This document shows, piece by piece, positions 56,846 to 64,000 of a stretch of DNA of 64,000 nt. The stretch's first letter is position 1, and each line of letters begins with the position of its first letter. Location: positions 4,278,001-4,342,000 of the forward strand of contig AP024664.1 of NCBI GenBank assembly GCA_024346625.1, in the 5' to 3' direction. The position numbers and the translations under genes are program-made. The notes under the pieces are model-generated. The model saw nothing but the letters and a program-made list of their open reading frames with translations, ran no database searches and was not told the origin of the DNA. The DNA comes from Williopsis jadinii (Eukaryota).

Positions 56846-58129
56846 ATGTTTTTGTTTACATTTCATACTTTTGTATATGAACTTGAAAGGCCTCAGCATC
56901 ATAAAATGAAACCAGTAAAGGCGGTAATCACGGCGCTTAAGCGTTTGGCAATGATATGGCAACCAGTTAGCGTAAGAGTTGTCGTCAAAGATACCAATGT
57001 AGTGTTAAAAGGCGTTAACACGTCTGAGCGGAATGAGGCACCAATGTCGTACCTCAGAGGCGTTGTCAGTGTGAAGGTGAATCGAAGCAGCGTCTCTTTG
57101 AAGGAGATCAACGTGAAGTTCATCGGTGAAAGAGTCGATGTTGTCTTCTCCAGAGAGATCAACAGGCGGCTATTCACCGATGTTAGAAACAAAATAGTGG
57201 ATGAGATGTGCAGCTATACAGTAGAAGGCCACAGGCTTTTGAAGGGAACGTATACGATTCCGTTCCAATTCATGGTTGATCCAACGTTGCCTGAGACTGT
57301 TAACACTTCATTGGGATCGAGAAATTACAGGATTGAAGTGCATATGGACAAGCAGAACAGTAACAATAGTCCATTGAAGACACCAATCACCATGATAAGG
57401 ACCCCCTTGGATAGGTCCTTAGTTGCCAATGACTGTGTGGGGGCCATAGGGTCATGGCACAGTGTGATGCCTTATTCGGTATTGGTATCCTCCAGGGTGT
57501 GTCAGTTGGGGAAACCATTCGACATCTCGGTGGAAACACAACCAAATCCGATGATTAACTGCTCAGGTGTCGTAAAGTCGGTGCGGGTCCTCTTTGTGCA
57601 GAAGATCAAATGTCCCTCTTCTGCCCCTACTGAGCCGTATACCTTGTTCAACAGACAAACCTTGTGGATGAAAAGTTATGGGTCCCCCAAAGACCCCTAT
57701 GACCCGTTCAGGCTTGAGACAACGATCAAGATCCCACAGACCCTTAACTTCGATGTGTTCCCTTACACAAGCAACGGGGAAAATGAAGATGGATCGCCAA
57801 CACCAGAGTTGAGGATATCTCATTACATCTATATCCAGATCTCGATGCATCCAATCTTCATCACCGAGGACGAGTTCATCGACGACCAACCTCCTCTTGA
57901 TGAAAAGATCCAAGTACGCACCTGGGACGACGTCAAGGACGTTCTCGTCTTCAAGGCACCGGTGTTTCTACTACACAGAGATGCAACTGAAGAGCACAAC
58001 CTAGCACCACCAAGCTATTCACAAGTGAAGCCCGGTAAACATAACAAGCCATTGAAGTTCAAATCATTGGCCTGGATATGCAGTGATGGCGTATACGACG
58101 ACAGCAGGCCTCCAAAGTACGTCAGATAG
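56846..58129 (+). CDS. Alpha-arrestin-like protein (Rsp5 adaptor type)
   Basis: Arrestin N-domain pattern LRGVVSVKV..GTYTIPFQF..LPET....G...Y; ISHYI; C-terminal PPSY and PPKY motifs; start codon uncertain. Confidence 0.75.
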   Translation: MFLFTFHTFVYELERPQHHKMKPVKAVITALKRLAMIWQPVSVRVVVKDTNVVLKGVNTSERNEAPMSYLRGVVSVKVNRSSVSLKEINVKFIGERVDVVFSREINRRLFTDVRNKIVDEMCSYTVEGHRLLKGTYTIPFQFMVDPTLPETVNTSLGSRNYRIEVHMDKQNSNNSPLKTPITMIRTPLDRSLVANDCVGAIGSWHSVMPYSVLVSSRVCQLGKPFDISVETQPNPMINCSGVVKSVRVLFVQKIKCPSSAPTEPYTLFNRQTLWMKSYGSPKDPYDPFRLETTIKIPQTLNFDVFPYTSNGENEDGSPTPELRISHYIYIQISMHPIFITEDEFIDDQPPLDEKIQVRTWDDVKDVLVFKAPVFLLHRDATEEHNLAPPSYSQVKPGKHNKPLKFKSLAWICSDGVYDDSRPPKYVR

Positions 58130-58159
58130 CCTCTCTCTCTCTCTCCCTCTCTCTCTCTC
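58130..58159 (+). repeat. (CT)n microsatellite
   Basis: ctctctctctctctccctctctctctctc. Confidence 0.85.
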
Positions 58160-58466
58160 AGCTTCTTCAACTGCCACTCCATCCCAAACTGACCGACAAT
58201 GCTCACGGTCTCTTTTCCACGTAACCATGCCAACACACACCTGGTTGTTCTCCATGGCAACCGGAGCATCCACGAAAACGCGGTTTGAGGTGAAATTTGA
58301 CGCGATTTCCCTCCAAATGCAAAACAAAGCAGGGCAACAAGCCACGGTAAGTGCAACAAGGCTAAGAATCATAGCAAAAAAGAAAGGAAGGAAGAGGACG
58401 ATCATTCCTTGCACTTCCAGCAGTTTTGCTCATTGTGATAAGGTTGACTATCTGTGTGTGTCGACG

Positions 58467-59138
58467 ATGCTTTCAAGAACTCCCTCACCGGCTAAGAGGC
58501 AGGCTCTCTCTTCCAAAGACTCAAACAGCTTGAGCTCACAGAAGAAGGGTCTTGTGCGGACGACGCTCGGTTCAAGATCCCCTTCTAAGTCTCCTTCTAA
58601 GTCTAATAAGTCTCCTTCTAAGTCTCCTTCTAAGTCCCCAACACGGTCGCCAACCAAGTCTCAACAGCAGGTGATAGACGGAGGGCTGTTTACCAAGTCT
58701 GTGCCAAAGCTGGGCTTCAAGATCTTTGAAGATGCTACTGATTATACAAATGTGCAACGTATTGCTACTGCCAGTATCTGTGATGAAAATGACGTTGTGC
58801 TGGACAAGGAGAACAGAACTCCATGTCACGAGGTGAAACGTCACAAGAGAGCTCCAATGAAAGATTTGGAAATCGCTCAGTTCCCATCGTATATCCATTA
58901 CCACGCCCACAACAGCAGACTGGGGGACGGGGCTACTGGTACCTATTTGCTAGATACAAAGTGGACTGGAGATGGCAAGATTGTGATACCAAGCTATGTC
59001 ACTCCCCCAAGGAAGGACAGAGTACGGTACATAACCATGGGCACCAACAATGCTTCCGTCAAGAGATCTCACAGCGAAACAGATCTACAAAAGGATAAAG
59101 CTGTCAAGAGACTAGTATTTAGCATTCACGATGATTAA
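58467..59138 (+). CDS. ACM1: APC/C-Cdh1 pseudosubstrate inhibitor Acm1
   Basis: RQALSSKDSN D-box, FKIFED ABBA motif, DKEN box, RAPMKDL D-box, IPSYVTPPR, KRLVFSIHDD; ACGCG (MCB-like) sites at ~58278 and ~58300; real start likely 58467. Confidence 0.85.
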   Translation: MLSRTPSPAKRQALSSKDSNSLSSQKKGLVRTTLGSRSPSKSPSKSNKSPSKSPSKSPTRSPTKSQQQVIDGGLFTKSVPKLGFKIFEDATDYTNVQRIATASICDENDVVLDKENRTPCHEVKRHKRAPMKDLEIAQFPSYIHYHAHNSRLGDGATGTYLLDTKWTGDGKIVIPSYVTPPRKDRVRYITMGTNNASVKRSHSETDLQKDKAVKRLVFSIHDD

Positions 59139-59182
59139 TTACAACATTTGTTCTTTTCTTCCATTCCAACAGAAGTAGGGAT

Positions 59183-61702
59183 TCACAACCCGGTCCAGAA
59201 GAACGCCTTCTCGACGTTGAACACTTCAGTGAGCTCAATATCATCAGATGAGAATCCAACTTGAACAGAGTATTCACCACTTTGAACCGACCATTTGTTC
59301 TCCCATTCGTCAAAGAAAGAGACCGAATCCTTCAAAGAGAGCTCAAACTTGACAGTTTGTTCTTCACCACTTTTCAGAGAAACCTTCTCGAACTCCTTGA
59401 GTTCCTTAACAGGTCTGATGATGTCTTCGGACTGGGTTTTGGATATGTAAACTTGAACAACTTCCTTACCTTCAAGAGCACCTGTGTTCTTCAAGTTAAC
59501 GGAGACGTTGATCTTGTTGTTTGGCTCATCAACAGACACTTGCAAATTGGATACCTGGAAAGTTGTATAAGACAAACCAAATCCGAACGGGAATGCTACT
59601 TGCTTTTGTAGCTTCTCGTAGTATCTGTACCCGACAAAGATGTCTTCTCCGTAGAGGACACGGCCTCTTTCAGTTCTAAAGTTGAGGAATGTTGGGTTGT
59701 CCTCCAGCTTCTTTGGGAATGTCAGTGACAGCTTACCACTTGGGTTAACATCACCATACAAGACATCGGCAATGGCATTACCCAGCTCATTACCACCGAA
59801 CCAAGCTTGGATCACGGCCTTTGACTCCTTAATCCACGGGAATTCCACTGGAGTACCCGACTGGTTAACAATGACAGTGTTTGGATTGGCTTTGATCACA
59901 GATCTAACCAATTCATCAACATGACCTGGCAATGCCATGGACTTTCTGTCATAACCTTCGGATTCCCACTCACCGTTGGTTCCAATAACAACAATGGCTT
60001 TATCCACGGATCTGGCCAACTCAGCAGCTTTCAGAATCTCTTCTTGAGTGTCGATGACTCTCGCACAGCCAAAGCTGATGGCACCATTGGAACTGAAATC
60101 AACGCCATCTCTGTCCTTAAGAGTATAAGTACTTGTTGAACCGAATTCGATACGGATCTTATACTCCTTACCCTTTTCCAAGTGGATCTTTCCAGTCTCT
60201 TCGATTGTACCGGTGTTGAAGAAAGATTGACCATGGGTTTGTTTGGTCTTGTTATCAACAACCAATTGGTCGTCGACGTACAACAAAGCTGTTCCAACCA
60301 CAACTAAACCAAATTCGTAATCGCCAGTCTCCTCTGGAGTATAGAGAGATTCAAAATCGGCGTAGAAAGTTGATTGGGAGGTGATTTCAGGATGAATATA
60401 GTCGAACATGATATGGAACGAAGTCATTGTATCAAACTGGTCGAATGGTTTTCTATCGGCCTCACCAGGAGCACCGTGGTAGAAAGTAATGTGCATTCCC
60501 TTGTCACCGGTGGATGGATTCTTTGACAAATGGGCAAAGCCTGGAAGCGAAACATGGGAATAGGATCCTACAGAGTATGGAGGCTCTGATCCTAACTTGT
60601 TGGCAATACCTTCATATGGCGTAACGGTATAGTATGGCAGCAAGGAAGCAGAACCACCACCTGCGTACGCAGACACTTTGGCATTTGGACCAATGACAGC
60701 AACAGTCTCTTCTTTCTTCAACGGCAAGACGCCATCCTCATTCTTCAAGAGAACAATGGCATCAGCAGCCAGCTTTCTGAGGAATTCAGAAGTCTCTGGA
60801 GTGTTGTTGTCAGCATCTTCAGGGCCATTTTCCGGAATGCCGGATTCCTTACAGAACTTGACCAGTCTCAGGACATTTCTCACTCTGTCATCCAAGTCTC
60901 TGGAGTGTAGCTCCCTTGAGGCAAGCTGCTGAGTGACGTGTTGCTGAGTTCTGATCCTTGGAGGTCCTGGCATTTCGATATCCAGCCCGTTTTGGATCGA
61001 TTCCTTAGAGGTATATGTACCATACCAATCTGACATGATGGTACCGACCCAGCCCCATTCTTCCTGTAAGATCTCCTTGAGAAACTTCACAGACTGAGAA
61101 ACATGTTCACCATTGACCTTATTATAACCGGTCATGAAGGCCTTTGGATCAGCAAACTTGACAGCCAATCTGAACGGCTCGAGGTAAATCTCTCTCAGAG
61201 CCCTTTCAGTGATGAGGGAGTCGGAAGAGTTCCTCTCATGCTCCAAATCGTTACCAACGTAGTGCTTCATCGTGGCTGCAACGTTTTGGCTCTGTAAGCC
61301 TTGAACGATCTTTGCACTCGCAATACCAGCCAGGTAAGGGTCTTCACTAAAGGATTCGAACCCTCTGCCACCCAGTGGACCTCTTTGCATGTTAGTTGTT
61401 GGGCCCAAATCAACATGAGCACTCTTGTGCTTCGCTTCAACACCGGCCAATTGGCCAGCTTGCTTCAGCAGCTCCTTGTCGAAAGTTGACGCCAGCGCAG
61501 TTCCATTGGGCAAAACAGCACCAGGAACACCATCAAAGAACTTTGTACCACGGATACCGTTTGGACCATCGGAGAATCTCAGCGATGGAATACCGAGTCG
61601 AGGGACTGGATATGTATGCCAAAAGTCAATTCCGGAGATGAGCCCAATTTTCTCCGTCGTGGTCAGCTGTGAGAGGACTTGTTCAATATCAAAATCTGCC
61701 AT
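59183..61702 (-). CDS. Intracellular GH3 beta-glucosidase with PA14 and fibronectin-III-like domains
   Basis: SDGPNGIRG, GGRGFESFSEDP, KHY, MSDW nucleophile, WESEGYDR, NPSGKL, YGEDIFVGYRYY, FPFGFGLSYT; no signal peptide. Confidence 0.93.
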   Translation of the reverse strand: MADFDIEQVLSQLTTTEKIGLISGIDFWHTYPVPRLGIPSLRFSDGPNGIRGTKFFDGVPGAVLPNGTALASTFDKELLKQAGQLAGVEAKHKSAHVDLGPTTNMQRGPLGGRGFESFSEDPYLAGIASAKIVQGLQSQNVAATMKHYVGNDLEHERNSSDSLITERALREIYLEPFRLAVKFADPKAFMTGYNKVNGEHVSQSVKFLKEILQEEWGWVGTIMSDWYGTYTSKESIQNGLDIEMPGPPRIRTQQHVTQQLASRELHSRDLDDRVRNVLRLVKFCKESGIPENGPEDADNNTPETSEFLRKLAADAIVLLKNEDGVLPLKKEETVAVIGPNAKVSAYAGGGSASLLPYYTVTPYEGIANKLGSEPPYSVGSYSHVSLPGFAHLSKNPSTGDKGMHITFYHGAPGEADRKPFDQFDTMTSFHIMFDYIHPEITSQSTFYADFESLYTPEETGDYEFGLVVVGTALLYVDDQLVVDNKTKQTHGQSFFNTGTIEETGKIHLEKGKEYKIRIEFGSTSTYTLKDRDGVDFSSNGAISFGCARVIDTQEEILKAAELARSVDKAIVVIGTNGEWESEGYDRKSMALPGHVDELVRSVIKANPNTVIVNQSGTPVEFPWIKESKAVIQAWFGGNELGNAIADVLYGDVNPSGKLSLTFPKKLEDNPTFLNFRTERGRVLYGEDIFVGYRYYEKLQKQVAFPFGFGLSYTTFQVSNLQVSVDEPNNKINVSVNLKNTGALEGKEVVQVYISKTQSEDIIRPVKELKEFEKVSLKSGEEQTVKFELSLKDSVSFFDEWENKWSVQSGEYSVQVGFSSDDIELTEVFNVEKAFFWTGL

Positions 61703-62974
61703 TTTGTTCAGTTTTGCTTGCAACGCTGAAGTTCTGAAGTCAGGTTTCGAATCAATGAGGGCTCTTTGGAGGAATGCCCCCTGGTTTTATAGTCTTTTTT
61801 TAAATTCCAGGCTGCAAGTCCCTACAGTCTTTCTAGTCCCCAAAATGTGCTGATGACTACCTTTTACGTTGGTGGAGGTCCGTACATAAAATATCCTCAA
61901 TGAGGCTTGCATGTAGCACAACGGTGGAGTTTATCCGCTTGCGGAGAAAAGATAAAGGCAAAAAAGGGGGAATAACTGTAGGAAGCTGGAACGGAGTAAC
62001 AGAAAGCGGTTAAATTGAAAGCGCTTGTTTTGGTGCAGAGGCAGGGAGAGCGAAGGGGCATCGTTGGATAATTGTCAATCAGGTGATGAATTGAAGACGT
62101 CAAGTGAATGAAAGGGTAGGTTTTACGAGTCAAAGAGCCGGGTTCCTGGTGAGAAAGCATGTTTCTTGTTCAGCGGTATTAAGCCTTCTTGTTGACTATT
62201 AGCCGCAATGTCGGATTAACTAATGCGCGTCGCCTCTCGCGGTACGGAACGCTCCACAGTTCAATTGGCACTGGCAGTGTACCCCAAGCGGTCTAAACAG
62301 CCAATTGAATTACATCCAGCCAATGGTATATATCATGGCAGTGTGGCCGCATTCAAGATGGGCTCCAATACAACCTGTTTTACCCAATAGAGAGGAGCTT
62401 GCAAGGTGCATGAAGGGGTTGTGTGACTCAAGCATAACCCCAACAGGAACAGGGCCTAAAACACCCATAAAAAAGTCCCACTGCGTCTAATACGCACTCT
62501 GGAGACTCGACAAGCTACATCGGGAATGACTAATGGCATCTCCACAATGCACACCCTGTCTTTTATTCCACAATACGCGCAGAATCAAGCCAACATAACC
62601 ATTTTCAAAACGCTTTTACATCTTCTGCGGGTCCCGACCCCGATAATTACACCGAAAAAGTCTTGACGCTATGTGTGCCTTTGCCACGGTCGAGAACTCG
62701 TACAAAGTTAACTGGGTGATCATCGTCTTCTCCTCTTTAATACCACCGAGAATTAGATACAGAGTGCATGGGCAAATGAGACTAGGACGTCGAATTAAAC
62801 TTCCCCAGAGGAGGCGACGGATAAATAAACAGGCTGCATCGTATGCGCCAGCGCCTAAGGCCCCGGTTATTAACCCGAGTGGGGAAATTGTGCTGTGGCC
62901 TCTAAGCGACGTAAACTACATTCACTTACAACCAAGCAGACAAACCACGCCCTTCAACTATATAAAGGCATCCT

Positions 62975-64000
62975 TCAGTGATCTTTGTCTGTTGGGTCTA
63001 TTTGAAAGATCTTGTCGGCGTTCAACAGTCTCAGCGGATCCAGTGCCAGTTTAATACGTCTCATGGTGTCAACTGTAGGCTCGCCAACCTCCTGTACCAG
63101 GTACTGACGTTTACCAACACCAACACCATGCTCTCCTGTACACGTACCATCGTTCTCCAAAGCACGATCAACCATACGCCCAACCAGCTTCTTAGCCTCG
63201 TCTGCCTGTTCGTCTTTGTAGAGGACCAATGCATGGAAGTTACCGTCCCCGACGTGTCCTATGATGGTGTATTTAAAGCCGTTAGAATCCAGGTCCTGTT
63301 TAGTCTCATCAATCACAGCGGAGAGACGGGAGATTGGCACAGCAACGTCAGTGATGTAAACTTTAACGTCTTCAGATATGGTCTTCTTTCCCCAATCTAT
63401 GGTGGACCACAGACTCATACGACGTGCAGACCACAGCTCGGCCTTCTCTTCTTCTGTCTGTGCAAATTGGAACTGTGAAGAGCCATTATTCTTTGTGATG
63501 TCACGAATGGACTTGACGAGCTCGCCAACAATGGTCTTCGAGCCACCAATCTTGATCAAAAGAGTTGGCTTCTCAACCCATTGTTTGGAGGTTGACTTAA
63601 CAAAGTTGATGCACTTCATCATATTCGTGTCCAGCAACTCCACCGCATTGACCTGGATTCCCTTTGAAACAATATCGCTCACGGCATTCGTAGCCTGCTG
63701 GATATCATCAAAGTTAACCACTGCAACGGTCTCCTCCTCTGGCTTCACGTATAGCTTCAGCGTCGCCTCCGTCACTATTCCAAGGGTGCCTTCACTGCCT
63801 ACAAACAAGCCAGTCAAGTTATAACCAGCACTCGACTTTCTGGGCCTCTTCTTTGTCTTCACAATGGTACCGTCTGCTAGAACAACGGTCAAGCCCAGAA
63901 CGTTCTCCTTCATAGTACCATATCTAGCGGCATTTGTACCAGTGCATGACGTTCCCACCATACCACCAATGCAAGCACCTGGACCAGGGTCAGGGCCAAA
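62975..64000 (-). CDS. DLD1: FAD-linked D-lactate dehydrogenase (cytochrome), 5' part outside window
   Basis: GTNAARYGTMKENV, KTKKRPRKSSAGYNLTGLFVGSEGTLG, TDVAVPISRL, GHVGDGNFH, GTCTGEHGVG. Confidence 0.88.
   Translation of the reverse strand, partial: FGPDPGPGACIGGMVGTSCTGTNAARYGTMKENVLGLTVVLADGTIVKTKKRPRKSSAGYNLTGLFVGSEGTLGIVTEATLKLYVKPEEETVAVVNFDDIQQATNAVSDIVSKGIQVNAVELLDTNMMKCINFVKSTSKQWVEKPTLLIKIGGSKTIVGELVKSIRDITKNNGSSQFQFAQTEEEKAELWSARRMSLWSTIDWGKKTISEDVKVYITDVAVPISRLSAVIDETKQDLDSNGFKYTIIGHVGDGNFHALVLYKDEQADEAKKLVGRMVDRALENDGTCTGEHGVGVGKRQYLVQEVGEPTVDTMRRIKLALDPLRLLNADKIFQIDPTDKDH

Noticed and set aside
58083..58466. 128-aa N-terminal extension of Acm1 in the ORF track
   Set aside because: Overlaps the arrestin stop, a CT microsatellite and MCB-like promoter sites; homology starts at ATG 58467.
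59183..64000. Metabolic gene cluster of GH3 glucosidase and DLD1
   Set aside because: No shared pathway, transporter or regulator visible in the window.

Overview
Gene-dense budding-yeast (Saccharomycotina) chromosomal segment. It uses the standard code (CTG encodes a conserved Leu in REI1 HRYNLKRR) and has short introns, compatible with Phaffomycetaceae such as Cyberlindnera/Wickerhamomyces; the taxon is an inference. It carries about 22 host genes (PRP45, POP5, ALA1, MCX1, KRE5/UGGT, BNA3, RRP6, SDH8, NUP82, MRPL37, LAS21, SIP4, DPB11, REI1, MET13, ACM1, a GH3 beta-glucosidase, partial DLD1, an acetoin-reductase-type SDR, two F-box proteins, an arrestin and a methyltransferase-like protein) plus an initiator tRNA-Met. 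Two accessory islands stand out. (1) 16.4-24.8 kb holds three copies of one Helitron (rolling-circle) family. One has both ends (A|TC...CTTG|T) and a PIF1 helicase but lacks the Rep nuclease. The other two form an inverted repeat around a ~1.9 kb very AT-rich gene-free core, a centromere-like architecture. (2) 50.7-56.7 kb, next to the tRNA, holds an intron-containing, frameshifted Mutator-like (MULE) transposase gene abutting a fourth copy of the same Helitron. I reconstructed introns missed by the ORF track in ALA1, KRE5, DPB11 and the MULE.
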